Assembly: GCA_010093815.1 (NCBI GenBank)
Contig: ML996594.1
Strand: one strand, 5' to 3'
Length of the DNA stretch: 55,468 bases
From: Pseudovirgaria hyperparasitica
Lineage: Eukaryota
The position numbers and the translations under genes are program-made. A model generated the notes under the pieces. It did no database searches, had not been told where the DNA came from, and was given only the letters and a program-made list of their open reading frames with translations. Shown piece by piece: positions 10,742-22,100 of this stretch. Positions within the stretch are counted from its first letter, which is position 1. The number at the start of each line of letters is the position of its first letter.

Positions 10742-13700
10742 TCAACTGCCCATGTCACGTAGCCCTTTCGGGTTAGGGTATCCTTGCTCCTCACGTAATT
10801 CTGGCGTCATGCTTGTCCTGTTTGCTACCCGGCCAAAGGCCATGCTCTGCATCCCCTGCATCCCTCCCATACTAAGGAGCATATTGCTTTCTCTCCGTCG
10901 CGATTTTGCATCCTTGGCGTTGGCCGATGCCGACTGCACAGCCTCATTTAAACTGACAGAGTCACTATCGTGGCTCTGGTATATCGTAGTGTCGTATGAT
11001 TGTTGCAGCGGAATGAATCCTGTATCGTATCCGGTGCCCGGATCCTTGTTGATACCTTGGGGTGGGAGAGTCATGTCGTGGTTGAAGGTATGCTGGTTGT
11101 AAGCAGGTGTGGGTAAGTTTGAGAACATCTGGTGCCGTGGCGAACGAATGGCGTCGGAATCCTCTGGAGGCGCGGTAACGGTGATTTCTCGAGGTTGACG
11201 CGCCATCTCGTCGGGTTGTGGGACATGCCCAAAGATGTCAGAGTACTCAGTTAGCAACAGAGATATTAGGGGCGCAGGAATGTTCAGTGTTGGCGCGAAA
11301 ACAATACCGACTGTGTTTCTGTTAGTGGGCAAGTTTTGATTATGCATCGTCAGTGGAGGACCTACCGTTCCTGATTGTCATCTTGTTGACATCGGAATTG
11401 GTGACAATGTCTATAAGGAAAGAGGATAAAGCCTGTAGCAGCTCGCGATTGACGGAAGGTAGCTTATGTACCAGCTCATTCAGTACCCAGACCCTATCTT
11501 CCCGAGCTGTAGATGGTTCGAGAACCCTGAGGAAGGCTAGGTGAAGGTCGCGTGTCAGTATTGAGGCTGGTAATTCGCGCAAGTAGAGCTTGAGGAGAGA
11601 TGCGACGGCGTGCATGTCATGCAGTTGCCCATCGAGAAGTCTCACATCCCCCTCGTTGTTGAAACGTTCGCGCAATGCTTTGATCGTAATGTTAGACCCA
11701 CTCAACCTGAAGATACCTTCCTCGTGCTCTGCGCCCTTAGCTTGAAGGTATTCTAAGCATCGGTAGACCACAGCTGGCAACTGAGTGTCTATACCAATTG
11801 GTGCCGAATGCTTTACAGCTTCTGCCAACGGCAATCCAAATATGACTCTGTTCGGCGGCGGAGCCATAAGAGGTTCAGACGGAATATGGTCTCCCACAAT
11901 GTCCGGTGTGATCTTGCCACCGAATCCGAATATGCTTCGTTTCTTGATTTTGACTGAAGTCGGTTCGAGAGATTTATTGCCCCATATACCAGTGTCATGA
12001 ATAACAGTGCCGTTTGTCGGTCCCGATATAGCGGGATGATTTTGCCGTCCACTGTCAAAACTACGATGGGTCGGTGAAGGCATAACGTGATGCTGACGCA
12101 ACGTAGGGCCTTTTTGCGGAGCGTCTCTTTGAACTGCCTCTTCATACTTCATGGCCTGTAGATTATCATCTCTGTCGAACTTGTCGGTAGGAGAGTTCTC
12201 CTTTCGCTGAGAACGAAGCTCATTTTTGTTTGAGTGGATGGCTTTCTTGTCACTTGGGGATATCACTCCATCATCTGTGCATTCAACATACTGGAGCAAG
12301 GCATCGACCCACTGGTCACGCTCTCCATCACTTTCAGCGCAGAGAACATGTCGGACAAGGCTGGTTGAGTCTTTCCTTTTCGGCTCACGGATGAGGAAGG
12401 CGTGCCGAAACTGATTGTCACTATCGTCCTGAGAAGATGTTTGCTGCTGTTGTGACTGTTTGCCAATCTGAGCACTTTGTAATCTGATAGTCCCAAGGTG
12501 AGCACCGCCGTCAGACTCGTAATAGCGAAGTTCGGGTCCTTCTAGCACAAAATATCTGGCTTTCCAGCCTCCGAAGTTTTTTCCGCGCTTTGTCAAATAT
12601 CCATACATTCGGGATTTACCCTTGCTTGAAATGCCGCCGGCTGACGACGGTGCCTCGATCGGTGATAACGTTTCGTCTACCTCACATCCAATCACGTCCG
12701 AAGAAAAGAATTCGCACACGACCATAGCTGCAATTTCATCGATCGGGGTGTCTAGAAGCTCATCGAAGTATTTCGTCAAAGCAGTTCTGCGAGCATCAAT
12801 CTTCGCAGGTGCATGACCATTGAAGAGACTTCGATCGGGTAGCGAAGCAGTGTACTCAGGACAAAGCATTTGTAGCTGCTGGTGGAGGTTTGGAAGTGCT
12901 CCAATAGTCTTCTCATTACGCCAAAGTTGTCTGTTGTCTGACCTTGCATACAGGGCCAACGTAAAGACATCTTCATCCAGAGATTTCGTTGCCAGCATAC
13001 TATGCCTAGATGGACGTAGGCGTGAGGATGAAACCTTGACCTGAATAAGTGGAAGGCAGTTTGGGGGTAGTAAAATTCCTGGATACTGGTCACACATTAG
13101 CGATCGGTCGATGATCTGAGGACTCGAAGGCTCCGACAAGCCATGAGAACTCTTCTCTTCAGCCGTCAAGTCAGGTGGTTTTAAGTGTAGGTCAGTGTTG
13201 ATCGTCGGCTGAATTTGAGCTTTTCCATAATTCACTGCACGTGCAAGATGTGGCGACGCAAAGGATAGAGGAGTGTTTGGTGGAAGGGGAAGTGGCTGCC
13301 TCGGAGCTCGGGGGGACAATGGCAAGCCGTTGGCTCTCGGTGACATAGGAGGGGACACCATGGCTTGATGAGGTAGTCTAGGGGCGGGTGATCCTATAGG
13401 TCGGTCGCTCGGGCGAGGGCTTACGGGAAGTCCAGGACTCAATATAGGTGGAGAAATTACGTTTCCTCGTTTCGCGGACTTTTCCGAGCCGACTGGACTG
13501 AGTATGGCATTCAGGGAGGCTGGTGCGGATGGAAGCTGTCTAGGGGATTTTGGAAGATACAATATTGGAGAAGTATGAGTTACCCCTTGGCCACTTTTTG
13601 GTTCTGGGGCAGCGGATTGGGGTGTGTTTTTACTTTTGCTTTTACTCTTTCTCTTTGATCGACTGCGAGCTTCATCCTCTTGACTCGCTAGAGCTTCGCG

Positions 13701-15284
13701 CACTCGATCGTCATCTTCCCTCGTTTTCCGCCGTCCTCTGTCGGGTTGAGGAATCTCGGTTACTCCGAGAATGTCATCGTAGTCCGTGTCTGACTCCTCG
13801 CTTTGATTGGCTTGGTGTAGAGAAGCACTGACGCGCTTACTACTCGACAGGTCGAGCGGCGCTGGGGGAGCCTTCCGCAGAGGAGGCACAAAGTATTCGA
13901 AACCATTTGCACCGATGATTGGAGTTGCTTGCGTGATTGAGACAGCAGGTGCTCCTAGTTTTACTTGTGCATATGACGATACGTCTAGGTCAGAGCTTTG
14001 GGTGATGTTCGCTGGATGCGTCTGGTCATGGTCATGGGCTGGAGCCGACGACCGCGTGTTTGGGCTTGTGGCGTTTTGTAACGATGATGGCACATGTGTT
14101 GCAGCCCTTAGAGCGCGAAAGTCGAGAGCAGAGGTATCTGCACTCAGCGCGCGCTTCGTTGAGCCTGCTTCTGAAACAGAGCTGCTTGGTTGGATTGGCG
14201 ATTGTTCTAAGGGGGACCCTTGCTGCAACTGCGTGGGTACGGCTTCCGAACCTTTACGAAACTCCAAAGCACTACTAGCCCTTCCATCTTCCAAGGCACT
14301 GGTACTACTTGAGAAGCCGTCGTGGACCTCTATGCCATCTGCGGGGAATTGGCTTAGGTCCCTCTGCGAAGCTTGCTCAGTCTTTTGAACTGTTCCTGGA
14401 AGCGGCGGCATTTGACTTAATTGCTCTTTCAACTTCTTTCGATACCTCTCTTTATCCTTCAATGCCCTTTCAAGATCTTTATTCAGACCCAGGATCATGG
14501 CTCGTTGTTTTTCAACTAGCCGCCAGAGTTGAGCATTATGCACAGAGGCGCTTTGCTTCTCTTTCCAGAGATTCTTCACCGCTGCTTCTGCTGACCCAGT
14601 CGAGATCAACAAAGTCGCCATATCAGGAGGGTTTGGAGACACGCTCTCGTGAGAGAACTGGTAAGAGTGAGATGGAATGGGCCGATTGAACTGTTGAGAA
14701 GTATTAGAGGATATGGATGACACTGCTGAGTCGATCGAGTCATTGCGAGGAGGTGTCGGTCGTGTTTCGGTGTGTTGTGGTCTCGATTGAGACTGCATGG
14801 TAATGGGAGATGAAGGAGGTGTTATACCGACAGGAAACGCTACTGACGCTGAGACGTTGCGAAGCCGTACGTGTGTGCCAGGTTTGCTAGACTGGGGCAG
14901 CCCTTTCTCGATGAAGGCCTGTGTAGGGGTGCTCGATCCGTTCGTAGAGTGAGTAGCTTCCTCCGAGGCCAGGCGAGCTTCAAGCTTCTCTCGGGGCGAG
15001 CACGGTTCTTCGTGGTGCGTATGGTGCGGCCGACCGTTGACAGAGAAGGGCGAAGGGCCCGACCGCTGGAGGGGACTGGGGACGTGTCTCACTCGGCCAG
15101 CGAGATGATCACTTGTTCGCAGAGGAGAGGCGTGGGAGGTGGAGAGGGAAGAGGACTCGCGGAGAGCTCGGTAGTTGTCAGCGAGAGAAGAGGAAGAAGT
15201 GGGTTTAGCGATGGTGGAATGTGCTGTGGAAGTAATAGTAGCATCCTCATGATAGCCGGCAGCCCGACCCTGGCTCTGGTACAT
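10742..15284 (-). CDS. BEM3: PX-PH-RhoGAP Rho GTPase-activating protein, Bem3/Rga2-like (~1495 aa); exons 15284-11366 and 11310-10742
   Basis: PX-like LPDRSLFNGHAPAKIDARR, PH domain GYLTKRGKNFGGWKARYFVL, RhoGAP EEGIFRLSGS...VASLLKLYLRELP. A 55-nt GTAGGT...CTAAC...CAG intron restores NKMTIRNVGIVFAPTL. Start taken at the first in-frame ATG (MYQSQ); the symbol is a family-level call. Confidence 0.9.
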
Positions 15285-15468
15285 GCCGCCGACCCTGTCG
15301 CGACTTCGAGGATGTAGCGCCGGGGTAGCGGGTGTTGGAACTTGCGACAGTGCTGGTAGATGACAGTGACTGCAAGAATTAGCTAGCTGGATTGCGCAGA
15401 AATGTAAAGCCTGGATTGGCGTGTGCGTGTTGATTGGTAAATTTGCAGGTGGAAGAAGTATACAGACT

Positions 15469-15516
15469 GTGGTGGTGGTAATGGTGGTGGTAATGGTGGT
15501 GGTAATGGTGGTGGTA
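15469..15516. repeat. 12-bp tandem repeat (ATGGTGGTGGTA)x~4 upstream of the RhoGAP start
   Basis: Directly visible; it produces the spurious poly-Thr N-terminus of the track ORF. Confidence 0.9.
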
Positions 15517-16633
15517 GTACCTATGTTCAATGAATCAATCCATTAGCTGCTCGTACAGCGATGAAAGCAGCTAAAGCACCCGGTATGCTATTAAAGCCTA
15601 ATCGTTCAATAGATTAAAGGATTACTAGTACCTACCATAGTACCAACCATGAGGCTCATTGAATCCTCCGCATATCATACACATATACATACATACACCT
15701 ACCTATGTAGTCACTTGTTCTGCCATGCCCATAATTCGTGCATCGTGGGTGTGACCGCCCGCGGCTCTTGAGCCTGTACTAACTGGTATGGGACGAGGGA
15801 TAGGCTAGACGGGAGAGTGGGAAGGACAGGGTCATTTGCATTTCTCAAGGATAAGTGGTTAGTGAGCTAGAACACAAGCCCCTATTTGCCTTCTGGCTTG
15901 ACGCCGTGAAAATGCTTAATTACCACTACGTTCATTCATGGGCTCTTTTCTATAAGTGCGCATCTCTACTCGTCTAAGCCCCTATAGAACGGGGGTTTCT
16001 TGAGCGTCTAATTTATATTATGACTATTCCTACGGAATCTTATAAAAAGATACAAGTTCCCGCTAGCGCCCTTACCAAAACCACGACTAAAAAACCACCT
16101 TTTCCCTTATAATAAATTAACCACGACCTTAATTAAAAATCTATTCCGATAAATCATGCTCCTAGCTACCCTAAGTAATTCTATATACTTTTTATAACTT
16201 ATAGACGCGGTATTATAGATAAGTTCTAGTTATAAGCCTCTAGTATCGCGTTTAGTAGTAGGTAAAAAATCTATAGCCCTTAGCGGCGCGGACTATTAAT
16301 TTTCTAGTACACCTAAGGCTTCTTATTATTATCTTTTTCTCTTCTATTCCCTCTTCTATTCCCTCTCTATAATATATTATTATACTACTATAAATAAAGA
16401 AAAAGAGTCTAAAGATTTAAAATATATAATAGTAGTAGTAATATATATTATCTACTCTACTAGTCTCTCTTAGTAGCGCTAGCTCTATAATAGATTAGAA
16501 TACTCTATACTAATTTCTACTTATATCCTTCTAAGTAGTCTCTTTATAGCTAGATATATACTAACTTCTTCCCTGTAGTCCTCTATAATATTAAACTATT
16601 ATTCCCTTTATACTATATTCTCTATAATAGTTA

Positions 16634-17235
16634 TGTTAGGCACGTGCCTACTAGTTGATTATATATGTATATAGTAGTCGTATATAAGTAGTATACTCTA
16701 CCCTTAAAGTAGTAGCTTTAAGATTCGGTCCTTTTAGAGTAGTTAGTTAGTACGTGGAGCCCACCTTCTTATATAATCTTAAAGCTACTACGGGGTCATG
16801 GGTTTAACTCTTGGTCTAGTTAACCGTTATTAAATTTCGTATAATTCCGTTTAGCTTACTACGTTACATGTACTTTATATACATAATAGATAATATAGTA
16901 GTAACGTTACTATAGTAAGTTAGCGTGTCTAGTACTAGAGGCGGCATTATAAATATTAATTATGTGTATATAGTTTATACTAGGCCTAGTATGGCTAGCG
17001 CGTATACTAGGCCTATTATAGCTAGTTTAGTTTATCTTTTATAAGATAGATACCTATAATACGTAAGGGCACGCGCCTTTAAAAAGGGGAGATATTATTA
17101 GGCACGTGCCTACTAGTTAATTATACATATGTATAGTAGTCGTATATAAGTAGTATACTCCACCCTTGAAGTAGTAGCTTTAAGATTCGGTTCTTTTAGT
17201 ATAGTTAGTTAGTGTATAGAGCCCGCCTCCTTATA
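16634..17235 (+). mobile_element. TRIM (miniature non-autonomous LTR element, 602 bp)
   Basis: 140-bp direct repeats at 16634-16773 and 17096-17235 (TG...TA from TG...CA). TSD AGTTA at 16629-16633 and 17236-17240; PPT AAAAAGGGGAGATAT at 17081-17095; ~320-bp non-coding interior. Confidence 0.9.
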
Positions 17236-17608
17236 AGTTATATCTTAAGAGCTAGAGCTACTAATATTATTACTAACTCTATAATACCTTCTAATTATTA
17301 TTCTACTATATTATAAGTAATCTAAATACCCTCTAAATAACCCTATACTATACTAATAGCCTTCTATATATACTATAGTATACTCTCTTTAGTATATAGC
17401 TAGCTAGACCTTAATCTATTTAAAAGCTAATTTAATTTAATCTATAATAGTCTTAGATAATAGATAGTTCTATAGATAGTATAAGTTTTATATATATAAT
17501 AACCTTATAATCTATTATATATAATATATAAGTTATATAGAATAAGAGTCTAGCTCTACTCTATTCTATTCTATAGAAGTACATTCTCTAGTATTCTATA
17601 GAAGAGTT

Positions 17609-17768
17609 CTAGTTCTACTCTACTCTAGAGCTATTCTAGCTCTACTCTACTCTAGAGCTATTCTAGCTCTACTCTACTCTAGAGCTATTCTAGCTCTACT
17701 CTACTCTAGAGCTATTCTATCTCTACTCTACTCTAGAGGTAACTAGCTCTATTCTACTCTAGAGACTA
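17609..17768. repeat. 27-bp tandem repeat CTAGCTCTACTCTACTCTAGAGCTATT x~6
   Basis: Directly visible, with near-identical central copies. Confidence 0.9.
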
Positions 17769-18714
17769 GACTAGACTCTATAACTTTCTTAGAGACTATA
17801 GACTAGGAGACTTATATTAATATAAGCTAGTACTAGCTTATATTAGATTAAATAGAAATCGGAAGTACATAGATAGAGGTAATATATTAATTAATATATT
17901 AACTCTTAGCGTACTAAAATAGACTAAATCGGATAGTTATAGAATACTATTAGTATTTAGTATACCATTTAATATATATTATCGATTCTTAATAATAACG
18001 CACGTAAATTATATATATATAGACCTTTCTATAGCTATAGATAGTCGTCTCTTCAAGCCTTTCAATTAAATATACTTTATATACTATATATTATGTCCCT
18101 TGGTCTTATTTATTCAAGATACCTTCTATACTACCTATCCTCCTAAGGGTATTATATATATCTATTTTATATATATCCTTTTAAAACTTTTATAGGTTAT
18201 AAGCCCGGCTCTTACCTAATTCTTTTATGAATTAAGACCTCTTTTATCTATACTTCAAGCTTTAAAGACAACCCTAGGGCGTTCTATTTATATTAGACGT
18301 CCCTATATCTATAAGGATTATAGACGTAGGATAGTAGTATAGAAGGCCGCTCCTACAGCCCCATATGTATGTGTCCCTAGCTCGATTACATAGCTTCATT
18401 ATATATTTAAGGAGGGCGTTTTCCTCGGTCATTCTACTCGGCACGCTTCCCCCATCACTAATATTTAATAATTCGACCTTTCCTTACGTTTATAGGCCTC
18501 TATAGGTATTGATTATTAGGCTTAGCTATTGAAGAATTAATTAAGAGTATTATATAGACCCGTCCTATCGTAAAAGAGAACTAATAAGAAGTCGTGCGTT
18601 TAAAGAGAACTTATAATACCTAGGAGAGATACTTATAAGTTCATCGCGACTACTATACTAAGAACACAGCCATTTATAAAAAGGGACACACGTAGCGATA
18701 GCTTACCATAATTT

Positions 18715-18733
18715 TAGAGGTTATACCCGGACT
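18715..18733 (+). promoter_or_regulatory. primer-binding site of element C, tRNA-Gln-like
   Basis: TAGAGGTTATACCCGGACT, RIP-reverted TGGAGGTTGTACCCGG, resembles the complement of a fungal tRNA-Gln 3' end (...CCGGGTAxxACCTCCA). Confidence 0.6.
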
Positions 18734-19189
18734 ATAAACTTATAGGGGGAGATTAGGACTCCGAAACTAGCTTAGGGGAAGTATATAGCGTGCCTAATAA
18801 GGTAGTCTAGACTTACTAGATTGAAGCCACGAGTCCGGAAAACAGGGAGTCCGGAGTCGCTAGGGGCTAGCCTCTTAAAAGTAGCCGTAAAAAGCATACG
18901 TATACTAATATAGGTGATAGCGCGACTCGAAAATGTCTCAGGGGAATAGAATATAAAACAGGGCTAGATAAAGTAGTAAAGAAGAGTTTAAAAACGATAA
19001 ATACAACCTATTTAGTACTACTATAGCTATTATTTATAAACACGGCTACACGAGTATATCACTTTAGGAACGCCTTACACGAAGATAATAACATAAGTAG
19101 GATACCGTGAATCTTATATTAATAAAGACGATAGTAATAGTTCACCTTATAAAGGGATTAATTAATATAGAGAAGGGATAATAGATGTT

Positions 19190-22100
19190 GTAGGTAGACG
19201 CATTAGGCCAACCTTTAGTTAAGGTAATCCCTTAACTAATAACCTTACCCCTAGCGTCTCCACTAGCATATCTACTACTAGTAATAGTACGATAGAAGCT
19301 TAAAACAACGACCTAGTAACTCGTAGAGAGATACTTAACTTCTTCATAGCATTTACGCGACAAGGAAGAATAGTACCTCTATCTACCCTAGCCCCCGAGC
19401 GCTTTAAAGGAATAAATATTATAGCCTTCCTTTAGAAGTACGAGAACATATATATAAACTATGAAGTTCCGCCTAATAAGAAGATAACCTCCCTACTATC
19501 ATACTACAAGGACTATCTCCGTCCTACTATTAAAGGAATAAGTAGATTTTAGAAATAGTAGTAGACCACGCTACGTGAAGAATTATTAAAGGAATTCTCT
19601 CTATTTAACTCCGCCCTCAAGGAAGGCACCATCTACTTTATCCGAAAATACGTGGAAATAGTTAAAGTAGACCCATCCTACTCTCTCCCTATATACTACT
19701 CCCGGTATCGTATTATCACGGAGAAACTTACGGCTAAAGGAAGCCTAAGCTCGTATTCGCGAATAGAGCTCTTCCTAGAAGGGCTGCCTAATAGTCTTAA
19801 GGCTCGGGCTATAGAGAAATGTTAACTCACGATGGAAGTATATAGTTATAACTAGGTAATTATCTATAGCTTCGTATTACGAAAGGCTAGAGTACTTAAG
19901 GAACTAGCTCGTATTAATAAGTACTTAGCCGCATAAGAGCTAGCCATAGCTATATACTATAAATCAAAGATAGGGAGTAAGAAGACTAGCTTAGAAGAGT
20001 AGTTATATAAAGAAAGAAGAACTAATGAATTTAGCTACCCCTCTCTAGTTAAAGTATATATCGTGCTAGGATCGGATAAGTTTAACGAGATAGTAGAGAG
20101 ATTTAGTAAACTAGACCTCACGTTAATTAAGATAAAGTCCTACTTTACCTCTAATCCCTTATTCCCATCCCTTAAGAAGTACGAACCTAAGCTACTTTCG
20201 GCTATTATTAACTAGTAGGCGCGAAGGCTAAATCTTTTAACACACCCCTAAGCACGAGGCATGCCTATAGAACTAACGCAAGTTTATCTATAGAATTATA
20301 TATAGAATAGAGAATACGTCTCTACCCGAGACTCCTAAGGAGGCGTTATAGCCTAGGATAGGCCTTAAAGACTAATTATATACATTACGTACGGAGGAGA
20401 TTACCTAATATATAGATATCCGGAGATAGTAGGATATATTAGAGACGGATTACTAAATATTAACGGGGTGCGAGTATTCCGAGGGCGTTTCGGGGCGAAT
20501 AGAGAAGAAATCCTATTACTACCCTCCTTAGTAGGGCTATAAGCTACTCTATAAGCTATCCGGAACTATATAGTAACGGTTTAAAACGGTCTAAGCTAGT
20601 ACGGAGGGGGAGTAAAGATTTCCATGTCCGTAGTAAACATTAACGCTTTATAGAGAGTGCTAGTATATAGTATTAGTATAAAACCTATAAAGGGTCCCTA
20701 CTAGACCTTAGCGGATAGCGATTCGGAAGAAGAAGTTATATCGCCCGAGAGTAAGAAAGATAGATATATAGAATTCTACGAACACTTCGACGTAGCTAGT
20801 AATAGATATATCCGCGAGGAGATAGCCCTAGAAGAGCCTACTATACTTATAATATCTAGAAGGGGGATTACGAAGAGTATACCTAATTATACTAAGGAAA
20901 GAAAGATTATCTATCTCCGCGGAATGCGTAAAGAGTAGTATATAAGAATTATTAAGGAATAGGAGGACGGTAAGAAGAGTAGTAACTAGAGAACGTCTAA
21001 ACAAGAGCCAACGGCGCCTAAGGATAAGATAGATAAAGGGGATAGCCTAAATCCTAGTTAAAAGGCACGTATCCGAGGCGTTAAGCTTAATAACTATCTA
21101 CGTGAGGGATAGCGGCTAAGTATAGAAGCTAGCGAAGCATGGCTAGTGCGCGTTCTAGGGATAACCATGAATATTACTATTAGCGAACTATTAAGCCTTA
21201 ATAGCGACTTACGTTATACGGTGTTCAAGAAGGGCGCCCCTAACTTTATAGCTAGAGAGGTCCGTAAGACTCGAGAGGAGAGAGCTAAGAAGAAAGGAAG
21301 AAACGACCATGCTATGGCTCCCGAGATAAATAAACTTAACGTATTAGCACCCCTCCATGCCACGGGGACGGCTATTATATAATAAGATATTAATTAGCTT
21401 AAGGAAGGGATAGTAAGGCTGGTAGCCGAGTATCTAAGGTACCCTATAGAAGTTAGTCCTAAAAGGGCGACTAGTATAGTACTATTTAATAGTAGCGCGT
21501 AGGTAAATAGTATTCGACTAGATGCTACGAGGCGTCTCGGGCTAGCGATATCTTCGCTTCTACTATATATAAAGAACTCGAGTTTAGTTAGCGCTACTTA
21601 GTATAGTACTCTATTCGTAGAAATAGTATAGTAATACCCTATCCGTATAGGTTGGATCGTTACAGCCACTTCGATATTCGTGTATAGTGAACTTAATTAT
21701 AACCTTATTCTAGGGGAGCTATATACTAGGTAGGCCTTACTTATAGTATAGAGGTTAGCCTCTAGGTAAGTACTCTTAATAGTCTACTCCGTATATAGAT
21801 AAGAATGTATAACCTTCGAAACTAGTCCGGACGAGTATATTCTAGTCTTAGAGAAGGAGGGTAACTCCGTAGCTAGAGACTAACTATATAGTAGAGTATG
21901 TTGCTAGAAGCCGGAGTTAAGCCGGATTATTAGTTAAGGGCTACCCTTAACTAATAATCCATACTAAATAGAGTCTAGTAAACCTACTAATAAAGGGGAT
22001 AGGATATATTTTTATACGGATATAGAAATAAGTTATATAGAGTTACTTTCCGAGAAAATCCGGCCTAAAAATGTTACTTAGTTATCGAGAAAAGATAACT

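Noticed and set aside
10752..15317. Plus-strand and alternative-frame ORFs within the RhoGAP gene
   Set aside because: Shadow ORFs of a long coding sequence.
15285..15530. N-terminal 82 codons of the 1396-aa track ORF
   Set aside because: Non-ATG start and poly-Thr from a 12-bp repeat; the first ATG is at 15284.
16290..17430. Relic minus-strand gene interrupted by the TRIM
   Set aside because: Too RIP-degraded to assign by eye; needs deRIP and a profile search.
17609..17768. CRISPR array
   Set aside because: Contiguous repeats without spacers, in eukaryotic DNA.
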